64,000 nucleotides of DNA from Candidatus Micrarchaeota archaeon (lineage in GTDB: Archaea > Micrarchaeota > Micrarchaeia > Anstonellales > Anstonellaceae). The notes below the pieces were generated by a model. The model made no database searches. It was not told the DNA's origin and saw nothing but the letters and a program-made list of their open reading frames with translations. Shown here piece after piece: positions 41,170-50,400 of this stretch. The DNA is taken from positions 545 to 64,544 of the forward strand of contig JAOAJL010000001.1 in NCBI GenBank assembly GCA_026414185.1. Direction: 5' to 3'. The position numbers and the translations under genes were made by a program. The stretch's first letter is position 1. Each line of letters opens with the position of its first letter.

Positions 41170-42156
41170 ATGACTGTTGGCATTGCTGGCGCGGAGCCGG
41201 ACTTCAGCCTTGCGATAGTTGCCGCCACCATCTCAATCCTGATTGGCGGCATCCTGTTCGGGGCTGGGCTTGGTTTTGGGATTCGCAGGCTGAGGCTTTT
41301 GGGCGCCGAAGAGGTGGGGCAGGGGATAATCTCCGCGGCGATGGTTGGCGCCTTTGCCGCCTTTGTCCTGCTTTTGGATTCCGCGGTGGCGTCGCTTGTG
41401 CCGCAGTCCGGGCTTCCCATCTGCCCTTCTGTGGAAAAGCCGGCAGGCTCGCCTTACGGATTTTACGCGTGCCATCTTCATGCCCGCTCTTTTTCTCTTT
41501 CTGAGCTCTCCTCCGCGCTTTCGCGCTCCGCCGACATTGCAGGAATGGCAAGCTCCCTCCGCGTTGATGCCGGGGTGATTTCCGCCCAGCCGTTTTTTGC
41601 GCTTCAGGCTGCATCGCAGAAGCTTTCGGAGCTTTCGTTTCTTGCCGGCTTGCTTTCTGCCCTGGCATTCTTGGAGCTTGAGGCGGGCTTGATGATGCGC
41701 CTTGCCGCCATGAGCATCTTTCTTCCGGCAGGGCTCATACTGCGCTCTTTCTTTGCGACAAGAAAGCTTGGCGCGGCTGCCATGGCGATTGCGATATCCG
41801 CCTACGCCGTTTACCCCCTGCTTTTCCTTTGGGGATTCGGCGCAAGCAAGACTCTGGCGGAAACTGCGCAGGCGAGCTTGGTTTCGGAAGAATTCAATTC
41901 CGATTTTGCCGCAATCCCGCTTTTGGAGCTTGACGACACCGGGGCAGTCAGGAGCCAGATTTCCCAGATGGCTGAGGGCGACTTTGGAGGGAAAGTGCAG
42001 CTGCTGTTCGCCCCTGCGCTACGGGCAGCTTGGCTTGCGTGCTTGGACTTGGCGGTTTTCCCCGCTGTTTCTGCTGCAATTTCGCTTGTTGCGGCAATTG
42101 AGCTTTACCGCCTTTTTTCAGCGCCCATCTTCTTTTCTTATTTTGGCGCCATCTAG
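41170..42156 (+). CDS. Hypothetical polytopic membrane protein
   Basis: 328 aa with about 7 hydrophobic helices and a ~70-aa loop containing two Cys (ICPSVEKPAGSPYGFYAC). No family recognised. Confidence 0.5.
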   Translation: MTVGIAGAEPDFSLAIVAATISILIGGILFGAGLGFGIRRLRLLGAEEVGQGIISAAMVGAFAAFVLLLDSAVASLVPQSGLPICPSVEKPAGSPYGFYACHLHARSFSLSELSSALSRSADIAGMASSLRVDAGVISAQPFFALQAASQKLSELSFLAGLLSALAFLELEAGLMMRLAAMSIFLPAGLILRSFFATRKLGAAAMAIAISAYAVYPLLFLWGFGASKTLAETAQASLVSEEFNSDFAAIPLLELDDTGAVRSQISQMAEGDFGGKVQLLFAPALRAAWLACLDLAVFPAVSAAISLVAAIELYRLFSAPIFFSYFGAI

Positions 42157-42207
42157 CGCCGACAATCATTTAAACTGTTCGCAACAGTTTGGCTTGGGGG
42201 GGATTCC

Positions 42208-42729
42208 ATGGGCAAACAGGCATTTTTGGTAGTAAAGCACATCGCATCCTGCGGCGGAACGCTGTCCACGAAACCCTACTTGTTTTACTTGTCGTCCGAA
42301 AAACCGCCTCTTGGCAGGGTTGGGGGGACGTGCGCCACGTTCATAGTCGCCTCAAAGAAAGTTCCGCGCGCGTATGGGGCTTTCTGGAACAAGCTTCTTG
42401 AGGGCAAGAAGGAGGCGGAGCTGGGGAGCATCGTGTGGGACATAGCCGGCAACAGGGCAATTTCCATCTGGTATTTCCCAAAGAAAAACGCGGAGATGGT
42501 CGGGGGCTTTGGCTACTACCTTGACATACTGTCATGCAACCACCTTGCCAAGGAATACAAGGTGTCCTATGTTCAAACCACGCGCTTTCCGACAAAGGAG
42601 CGCATAGCCCAGCTTGAAAGAGTGGGCATCCCGATACGCGAGCCTGTTGAGATGAGAAAATACTTGGAAGGGCTTGCGAAGGCAGTCCGGTTCAAGATGC
42701 AGGCAGCAGGAAAGCAGCAGGATGGCTAA
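42208..42729 (+). CDS. Hypothetical protein
   Basis: 173 aa, soluble-looking, no recognisable motif. Coding-like composition, and no competing ORF on the opposite strand is more plausible. Confidence 0.5.
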   Translation: MGKQAFLVVKHIASCGGTLSTKPYLFYLSSEKPPLGRVGGTCATFIVASKKVPRAYGAFWNKLLEGKKEAELGSIVWDIAGNRAISIWYFPKKNAEMVGGFGYYLDILSCNHLAKEYKVSYVQTTRFPTKERIAQLERVGIPIREPVEMRKYLEGLAKAVRFKMQAAGKQQDG

Positions 42730-43202
42730 TGCATCTTCTCAAGCTGGGAAATGGCGCGGCTTATCCTTTCAAATGCCGATTTTATTTTTTGGCTGTAGAC
42801 AAAGGCGAGGGCTGAGGCAAGCTCGTCATTCTCCTGCGCAGGCGACAGGACGAAGCGGTATTTCCTCTTTTTTGACTCTATAAGCCCCATCTTTTTGAGC
42901 TGAAGCAGATGATAGCGGACTGCCTTTGGGTTTGGCTCCGCTTTTTTTATCTCCCTTATTTTCGCCAAAAGCTGGTGGATGTCCGGGTCGGACTTTGTTT
43001 CTCTCCTTTTGAAGTGGAAATACAGCAGGGCTTCAAAGACATCCAGGATGCCTGTGCGCGACTCGCGGGGCGAAATCAACCCCAAAGACAGCGCAAGCCA
43101 GCGAATCAGGGATTTTTTTGTGAGCTTGACTTCATCTGAAAACTGGAGCTCCCTTACCAGGCATTCGCCCCGTATAAGCTCAGCCTCCGGCATCTGCGGC
43201 AT
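42726..43202 (-). CDS. Winged-helix DNA-binding protein
   Basis: ...NPKAVRYHLLQLKKMGLIESKKRKYRFVL is an HTH/wing pattern. Its stop overlaps the stop of the convergent gene at 42726-42729. Confidence 0.55.
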   Translation of the reverse strand: MPQMPEAELIRGECLVRELQFSDEVKLTKKSLIRWLALSLGLISPRESRTGILDVFEALLYFHFKRRETKSDPDIHQLLAKIREIKKAEPNPKAVRYHLLQLKKMGLIESKKRKYRFVLSPAQENDELASALAFVYSQKIKSAFERISRAISQLEKMH

Positions 43203-43260
43203 AGCTACCAGCAGACTGTTGGATGCTAAAAATAAAAAGCAAGCGTTGCCTATCTGTCTT

Positions 43261-43626
43261 ATGCTTGAGCCTTCAACCCGCTTTTACCCGCTCAGGATGG
43301 TGGCTTACGTCAGGAACGAGGTTGAGATGGAAGTTAGCGTTAGGAACGGGGGGAAGGAAGAGCGCTGGGTGGAGTGCGACGTTTCCGTGCCCGAGGCGGT
43401 TTCGCTTGCCCCGGACCGGCTCCTTTCAAAAGGCAGGATGAGAGTGGGGATTGTCCTGCCAGGTGAGAAAATATCCAAAAAAATCAAGATTTACGGCGGG
43501 GCATCGTCCTATCCGGACACCTACGTAATAAGGCTCACGTTTTACGGTTATGGGAAGGACGGGACAATTGAGGAGCGCTATGAGGTAAAGTCGGACTTGC
43601 GCTGCGAGAAGCTCGGGCAGGGCTAG
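43261..43626 (+). CDS. Hypothetical beta-rich protein
   Basis: 121 aa from ATG 43261. The upstream part of the track ORF is antisense to the wHTH gene. No family recognised. Confidence 0.45.
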   Translation: MLEPSTRFYPLRMVAYVRNEVEMEVSVRNGGKEERWVECDVSVPEAVSLAPDRLLSKGRMRVGIVLPGEKISKKIKIYGGASSYPDTYVIRLTFYGYGKDGTIEERYEVKSDLRCEKLGQG

Positions 43627-44240
43627 CCTGCTTTTTTCATGCCCATCTTGGCAGTTATCAGCGGCTCAACGTGCGCCGCGACGGAAGCAGCCACCGCGTC
43701 TTTTTCTCCTGATGCGTCAATGACCGCAAAGGCGCATGAGAGAAAGCCTTCCTTTGCCATGCGGAGGTAGTTCTTGCGCACCCGCAAAAGAAAGGCGCCA
43801 TCCTTTTCGTGCCTGTCCGGCTTTTTCTGCCTTCTCTTCCTCAGAAGAGACCTCTTTGGGTGGATGTCAAGCAGAAGCACAAGGTCCGGCTTTATCGCGC
43901 CAAAGGATGAGAGCTTGCGTTTCAGCTTTAGGTAGCCTTCTCCGACCGCCTGGTAGGCGAGGGTGGAGTGCAGGTAGCGGTCGCAGATGACTGCCCTGCC
44001 GCAGGAAAGCTGCTTTCTTATTTCCTCCTGCTGCGCCATTATGTCCTGGGCGAAGATGGCTGCAAGCCTGTCCGCCGCTATCTGCCTTTTTTCAGCAAGG
44101 TGCGCGAGGGCTTCTTTTGCCCTTTTTGTCGGGTATTTGTAGATGGAATACCGCACCCCGCGCTGGCGCAGAAGGGCGCAAAGCAGCCTTACCTGCGTCG
44201 CCTTTCCCGCTCCGTCAATGCCCTCAAAGACCAAAAGCAT
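43623..44240 (-). CDS. tmk: Thymidylate kinase
   Basis: MLLVFEGIDGAGKATQ P-loop, DRY motif (CDRYLHSTLAYQ), lid region RKRRQKKPDRHE. Confidence 0.85.
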   Translation of the reverse strand: MLLVFEGIDGAGKATQVRLLCALLRQRGVRYSIYKYPTKRAKEALAHLAEKRQIAADRLAAIFAQDIMAQQEEIRKQLSCGRAVICDRYLHSTLAYQAVGEGYLKLKRKLSSFGAIKPDLVLLLDIHPKRSLLRKRRQKKPDRHEKDGAFLLRVRKNYLRMAKEGFLSCAFAVIDASGEKDAVAASVAAHVEPLITAKMGMKKAG

Positions 44241-44290
44241 GCAAAGAAAACGGCTTATGCGAATTTAAACGGTTGCCCCGAAATTCAAGC

Positions 44291-45253
44291 ATGGCAGGTG
44301 TGCTTGTCAGCGGAGCGACAGGGAGGCTTGGTAAAGCGCTTGTTGCAAGGCTCTTGGAGAGGGGCTGGGATGTAAGGGCAGTAGTGCGCCCTGGCAGAGA
44401 GGGCAGCCTGCCTCCAATGGTGCAGAAGGTGGAGCACGACCTTTCAGTCGCGCCTTTGCCTGCCTCTGCGTTTGAGGGGATGGCCAATGCCGCCCACCTT
44501 GCCGGCTTGGTCGGCGACCACCCCTATGAGAAGCTTTATCTGCATAATGCGGTTGGAACTAAGAACTTTCTTTCAGCCTGCCCAAGCAACATAAGGACGG
44601 TTGTCGCAAGCTCAATTGCAGTCTATGGCAGGCACGAGGGGCAGGTGGTTGACGAATCGTTTGAGCCAAAGCCGGACACGCCCTATGGAAAAAGCAAGCT
44701 GATGGCAGAGAGGTTTGCCTGCCAGTGTTCCGACAGAAGCCCGGTTGTGCTCCTCAGGTTCGGCATGATATACGGGCCTGGCTTTTATGAAGGCTATTTC
44801 CCGGTTCTTTCTGCGCTTGAGAAGGGAAGGATGAAAATCCTCGGAAGCGGCAAGAACCGCATTCCGCTTGTCTATGTAGATGACGCCGTTGAGGCTATAC
44901 TTCTTTCCTTTTCTGCGCGCGTGGCTTCCGGGGAGAAATACAATATTGTCGGTCCTGACACGCTGACTCAGGAGGAGCTTCTTGCGATTGCCGCGCAAGA
45001 GCTCGGGGTTGGGGCGCCCTCGGACCGCATAAGCCCTGCCATTGCATCGCTTGCCGCAACTTGCGCAGGCTGGCTTTCAGCCGCAGGCATTTGCAAAAAG
45101 CCCCAGTTGAATGCCGAGCACATAAGGCAGATGGCTACTGACAGGGCTTACTCGTGCGAAAAGGCGAGGCGGGAGCTTGGGTTTGTGCCTGCTGTCGGCG
45201 CGAGGGAGGGCATAGCCCGCATGGTTAGGTTTTATAAGCAGAGGAAAGATTAA
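44291..45253 (+). CDS. NAD-dependent epimerase/dehydratase (extended SDR)
   Basis: VLVSGATGRLG Rossmann motif and YGKSK (YxxxK catalytic motif). Confidence 0.8.
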   Translation: MAGVLVSGATGRLGKALVARLLERGWDVRAVVRPGREGSLPPMVQKVEHDLSVAPLPASAFEGMANAAHLAGLVGDHPYEKLYLHNAVGTKNFLSACPSNIRTVVASSIAVYGRHEGQVVDESFEPKPDTPYGKSKLMAERFACQCSDRSPVVLLRFGMIYGPGFYEGYFPVLSALEKGRMKILGSGKNRIPLVYVDDAVEAILLSFSARVASGEKYNIVGPDTLTQEELLAIAAQELGVGAPSDRISPAIASLAATCAGWLSAAGICKKPQLNAEHIRQMATDRAYSCEKARRELGFVPAVGAREGIARMVRFYKQRKD

Positions 45254-45268
45254 CAAAGCGGTGTTTGG

Positions 45269-46045
45269 ATGATTCGCGTGGGCAAGATTGAGAAGTATAT
45301 CAACGATGAGATTGGGAGAAAAGGGGGGCTGCTGTTTGCGCTTATTGACCCCCTTGACTACAAGTCGGAGGATGACGCGGTGTCTGCCGGCGCGCAGGCG
45401 GCAGATGGGGGCGCCGACGTCATTCTTGTTGGAGGAAGCATGGGGGTGCAGGGAGAGCTTTTAGACAGCGTAGTGAGGGGGATAAAAGAGAGGATAAGCA
45501 TCCCTCTTGTCCTTTTTCCAGGCAACATCTCAACTGTGACGAAATATGCCGATGCGGTCTACTTCATGTCCCTTCTCAACAGCCGCAATCCGTATTGGAT
45601 ATCCGGCGCACAGATGCTTGCTGCGCACACTGTGAGGAATCTCGGCATAGAGGCGCTTCCCGTCGGCTACATCGTGATTGCTCCCGGCGGGACTGTGGGC
45701 TGGGTGGGCGATGCCAAGCTTGTGCCCCGCGACAAGCCGCAGATAGCCGCAGGGCTCGCGTTGGCTGCGCAGATGTGCGGCTTTCGCTTCGTTCTTACCG
45801 ACTGCGGCTCCAATCCAAAGGAGGGGCACATGCCCCTTGAGATGGTTTCGGCTGTTGCTAAGTCAATCTCAATCCCCTACATCGTTGCGGGGGGCATCAG
45901 GACGCCTGATGAGGCGAAGTCTGTCGTGGCGGCAGGCGCCTGCGCCATCCAAGTCGGCACCGCCTTGCAGTCTGGCGGCAACTTAAAGCAGCGCGTTTCT
46001 CAGATGGTCAGGGCGGTGCGCGAGGGGGCAAAAAGAAGGGGATGA
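45269..46045 (+). CDS. Geranylgeranylglyceryl phosphate synthase (PcrB/GGGPS family)
   Basis: LFALIDP, GGADVILVGGS, LFPGN and YIVAGGIRTP match the (beta/alpha)8 GGGPS family that makes the first archaeal ether-lipid bond. Confidence 0.85.
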   Translation: MIRVGKIEKYINDEIGRKGGLLFALIDPLDYKSEDDAVSAGAQAADGGADVILVGGSMGVQGELLDSVVRGIKERISIPLVLFPGNISTVTKYADAVYFMSLLNSRNPYWISGAQMLAAHTVRNLGIEALPVGYIVIAPGGTVGWVGDAKLVPRDKPQIAAGLALAAQMCGFRFVLTDCGSNPKEGHMPLEMVSAVAKSISIPYIVAGGIRTPDEAKSVVAAGACAIQVGTALQSGGNLKQRVSQMVRAVREGAKRRG

Positions 46046-46100
46046 GGCGCTGGGGGAAAGCCCCGATTGCGCATGCCCGAACTTTGCCGAGGCGAGCGGA

Positions 46101-46715
46101 GTGGAATGCGAATTTGGCGGAATTTCCCTTTATGTTGCGCCCGGCGTCTACGAGCCGGCAGAGGACTCCTTCATGCTTGCATCCTACGCCTGCCGCATAA
46201 GGGGGGGCAGAAAAATTCTTGACGTGGGTTGCGGCTGCGGGATTGCCTCCATAGCTGCGGCAAAGGCAGATGGGGCAAACGTGGTTTTTGGGGCGGACAT
46301 CAACCCTTCTGCTGTGGAGTGCGCAAGGCGCAACGCAGCCTCAAACAAGGCAGCCAACGCCTCTTTTTTCATATCCGACCTTTTTTGCGCGATTGCGCCA
46401 GGGGAGAAGTTTGATTTCATACTTTTCAACCCCCCATATCTTCCCACAGGGCAAGATGAGAAGCTTGCGCGATTTGAGGAGAATGCCGCCTACGACGGCG
46501 GGGAAAGCGGGCTTGAAGTGTTTTTCCGATTCTCCGCCTCGGTCGCAGACCGCCTTGCCAAAGGAGGGCGCGTCGCAGTGGTAGCCACCTCTCTTGGCGG
46601 CGGGATTGAGAGGGTTGCCTGCGAGCTTGAAGGCAGGGTGGGCAGGGCGAGGATTCTTTCACAGGAACGCTTCTTTTTTGAGACAATCGCGCTTGTTGAA
46701 GCGTCAATGCGGTGA
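46101..46715 (+). CDS. HemK/Mtq2-type N5-glutamine methyltransferase
   Basis: VYEPAEDS, SAM motif ILDVGCGCG, catalytic NPPY (ILFNPPYLP). GTG start. Confidence 0.75.
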   Translation: MECEFGGISLYVAPGVYEPAEDSFMLASYACRIRGGRKILDVGCGCGIASIAAAKADGANVVFGADINPSAVECARRNAASNKAANASFFISDLFCAIAPGEKFDFILFNPPYLPTGQDEKLARFEENAAYDGGESGLEVFFRFSASVADRLAKGGRVAVVATSLGGGIERVACELEGRVGRARILSQERFFFETIALVEASMR

Positions 46716-46719
46716 GAGG

Positions 46720-47469
46720 ATGGGTAAGCGGGGCGGAAAGAAAAGGGCGCAACTGCCGCCGGGCGAGAGGTTCCTTGTCATCCTTGTTGAGCCGCAGTAT
46801 GGGATTAACATCGGCGCTGTTGCGAGGGTGATGAAAAACTTCGGCTTCAGGCGCCTTGCTCTTGTCAGCCCCAAATGCGACCATCTTGGTTTTGAAGCCA
46901 TGATGCACGCCAAGCATGCGAAGGATGTGCTTGAAGGCGCAAGGGTTGAGCCTTCCCTTTCTGCCGCAATCCGTGGCTGCCGCCTTGTAATAGGGACGAC
47001 TGGCGTTCTTTACCGCCACTGGCACCAGACTTTCAGAACGCCAATCAGCCCAAGGCAGCTTCGCAGGAAGCTTTCCGCCCAGAGAGAGGGGCAGGTTGCG
47101 CTTGTGTTCGGAAACGAGGGAACAGGGCTTTCAGAGGGCGACATTTCAGCCTGCGACTTTTTGGTAACCATACCCTCAAGCAAAGAATATCCTGTGCTGA
47201 ACCTCAGCCATGCGGTAGCCGTCCTCCTATATGAGCTTTCAGGCATCAGAAGGGTGTTCTTTGCATCCTCCAAGGCTGAAAAGGAAGCGCTTTTGGATGC
47301 CTTCGGGCGCCTTGTCAGGAGATATTCTCCGATAATGCGCAACCCGAAAAAGGTGATGGTTGCTTTCCGCAGGATGGTCGGCAAGGCGATGCTCTCGGAG
47401 AAAGAATGCGCCGCAATCCACGGCGTGATAAGGAGGGCTGTGCGCGAGCTTGAGAAAAAGGGGGCTTAG
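46720..47469 (+). CDS. SpoU/TrmH-family RNA 2'-O-methyltransferase (TrmJ-like)
   Basis: LVEPQYGINIGAVARVMKNFG, ALVFGNEGTGLS, IP....YPVLNLSHAVAVLLYEL: the three SPOUT motifs. Confidence 0.75.
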   Translation: MGKRGGKKRAQLPPGERFLVILVEPQYGINIGAVARVMKNFGFRRLALVSPKCDHLGFEAMMHAKHAKDVLEGARVEPSLSAAIRGCRLVIGTTGVLYRHWHQTFRTPISPRQLRRKLSAQREGQVALVFGNEGTGLSEGDISACDFLVTIPSSKEYPVLNLSHAVAVLLYELSGIRRVFFASSKAEKEALLDAFGRLVRRYSPIMRNPKKVMVAFRRMVGKAMLSEKECAAIHGVIRRAVRELEKKGA

Positions 47470-50400
47470 CCCTCTTTTTTCGGAAGGGCTTTTTTCTCAG
47501 GCGGCTTCTTGCTGCCTGCAAAAAGGAAGTAGTAGGATGCGGCAAGGACAAAAATCAGCGATACGCCCCACAGGAGAAGGGTCTTGGCATCAGTCCCTGC
47601 GCCCGATTTCTTTGAGAGAAAAGCGCTTGCTGCGCCTATCGCCCTTTTTGAAGCCATGAGGGACTGCGCATAAAGCCCCTCTGAGAAGAGAGCGTCTGCG
47701 GCTGAGACTTCCTGCTCTATCTGTGACAGCTCGCCTTTTTCCTCCTCCGACGCCTTCTGCCTGCTTTCGCTTAGGGAGGCTTTTGCGACAGAAAGCTGGG
47801 ACGCCGCGCTCTGCTTGACATAGGCAAGCGAGCTTTCAATTGAGTCTGCCAGCCCCTGCAAGCCAGCCAGGGTTTTGTTGGCAAGTTCAAGCGAGCCTTG
47901 CGCGCCAAGCTTTCCTGAGGAAGCCTGCTGCATTGACCTGTCAAGCTCAGAGAGGGATTTTTGGATTGCGGCGGGGGTGAGCGGAAGCTGCTTTTTGCTT
48001 GCCCCTTCAAGAGCAGAGTAGGTTGACGAGTAGGTGAAAAGCATCTCGTCCGCAGTTTTTCTCAGCAGGGCGAACTTTTCGGCAATCTGCGCCGTTTGAG
48101 ATGCCGCACTTCTTTGCGCATCCTGAGAGATTTTGGATGCCTGGGCAAGCAGGCCGATGGCTTGTGAGGAAAGGACGAATGACTGCAGCGCTTTTCCCTC
48201 CGCATAGCGCCGCTGGGAAAGCGAGATTAGCCCTTCCGCCTCTGAAAGCAGTCCTTCATCTACCATCGGCATTTTTCTTGCCTGCGCGTAGCTTTCGGAT
48301 GCCTCTTTTGAGTTTTTCCAGCAAAGCTCAGCCAGAGCCTCTGATGCGTCCGCCCTTGCCTTTGCCAGCATGGAGGCGGCTTTTTGGTATTCGCCCTCTT
48401 CCGCCTTTGCAGCCGCTTCGGAAAGAGAGGGGGAAAGCCCCTGCGAAATTTTGGAGAGAAGCGCAGCCTGCTGTGGAATGGAGGGCAAGAGCTCCTGCAC
48501 AGTCTTCTCAAGCTCTGAAAGCAGTCCAGCCGCAGACTCGTTTTCCGAGAGGTAAGACTGGTAGTCTGCATAGCGGTAGGCAAGCGCAAATCCCTCCTGC
48601 CCAATCTGCGCGAGGATGGAGAGAGCTTCCTGCGTCCTGTTTGCCGCCGCAAGCTGCCTTGCCTGCATAAGGCGGGCGGAATCCTTTGCCCTTCCATAAA
48701 GCCGGACCTGCGCCTCCGCCTGCTCAAAGCCAGCCGCAAGCCCAGCCTCTGCGTCTTTCTCTTCGTAGGATATGATGAACTGCTCCGCCATGCCCTTTTT
48801 TATCGGCTGGATGGAGAATATGATGAATGTTCCGCTTCCGCCGCTTACGGAATACTGGGCTGAAACGCGGCTTGAAGAAAGCGGGGAGACGGACAGACGC
48901 GAGATTTCCCCCGCAGGCTCGTATATCCTAACCACCGCCGCATCGCAGTCAATTGAGGGCACGACTTCTACCCGAAGCAGAGCCTTTCTTGCGCCGCTTG
49001 GGAGAGCTTCGTAGTTTGCCTCCTTCCGCACTATGCTGAATGGCTCCCCGACCAGCATCTGCAAAAGCAGGCTGTTTCTGCCCTGCTGCACCGGGCCCAC
49101 CGCGCCTTCCACCTTGCCCCCTGAAATTTGCGCATCAAAAGCCCTTCCTGCGAAAGAAAGCCTTGCCTGCCGCGCGCTTGGCGGCACCTCCTCCTGAACA
49201 AGAAGCGCGCCCAGCGGGCGGGAAGAGGTAAACTGCACTATCCTGGCAATCTCCGCCCCTTCAGGAAGGGCAAGATGGCACTCCTCGGAAGACTGCACTA
49301 TCTGCGCGGGCTGCTCCGTGCGCTCAAAGGCAAGATGAAAGGATGAAAATGGCTCCACCCCGTCAAGAACGATTGCTGTCTTTTGCCCCTCGGGATAGGC
49401 GTCGGCAAAGGCATCTCCGTATGAGAAGTCCGGCGAATAGAGGGGAAGCGCAGTCCGCGCATTGAATTTCAATTTCCCAGAATAGCCAAACTCAGATGGA
49501 TTGCGCGTCGTTATGCTCGCAAAATAGCGCGTCGGCTTGCCCAGAATCGGAGTTTCCGCAAGCTCCTGTGTGACGGAGTTTTTTGAAAGAAGAGCGGAAA
49601 GGTAGAGAGGGAGCTTTTTTTGCGCCTCTGCGTAGAAGTCGGACAGGTCCTGGCGTATCCTTTTGAGCTGTCCCACAGCTTTGATGGCATCAAGCTTTCC
49701 TGAGCTGAAAAATTGCGAAAGGGCGTCAAATTTTTGCAGGAAAAGCGGCTCCTGCTCCCTTATCGCAGAAACAAGCTGCGCGACCTTCCCATAGTCGTCT
49801 TCTGCGGGGCGGTATTTTTCGTAGAGGCGGAAAAGCGCCCGTTCCTTTTCGGCTTTTGCCGCCTGCAGTATCTGCTGCGCTGTGAATGGGCTGCTGGCTG
49901 ACGAAAGAATCTTCTCATAGTCTGCGGCAAGCGAAAGCTCGTATTCCACGTCAAGGCCGTCCGAGCCTGCCTTTTCAAGAACGGATTTCAGCTCGGTGAT
50001 TGCGCGTTTTGCCTCTTCAACATCAGGCTGCCAGGCGCTTCTTCCGATTGCCGCTTTTGCGCCTGAGACAAGAGCCAGCGCCTCTTTGTAATCCGAGAAT
50101 TTTTCGCCCAGGGTTGCCCTTGCATCCGCCGAGTCAATTTTCTGCCTTGCCTGCGCGATGAGGCGTCTTGCATGTTCAACATCCGCCAAGCCGAATGCGT
50201 CGGGCTGGAGCGCGCTTGCTGTTTTTTCAGCATCCGCAAGTGCCTTTTGCGCCAAAACCCGCTGCGCCTCCACCGCCGCCTCAGCGCTTGAGCGCACAAG
50301 CTTTGCAGAGTAGAACGAAGCGCGCGCCGTGCCTTCAGCTTCCTTCGCATATGAAATCGCATCCGCAAGGTAGCCGCTTGGCTTTGCATCAACAAGCATT

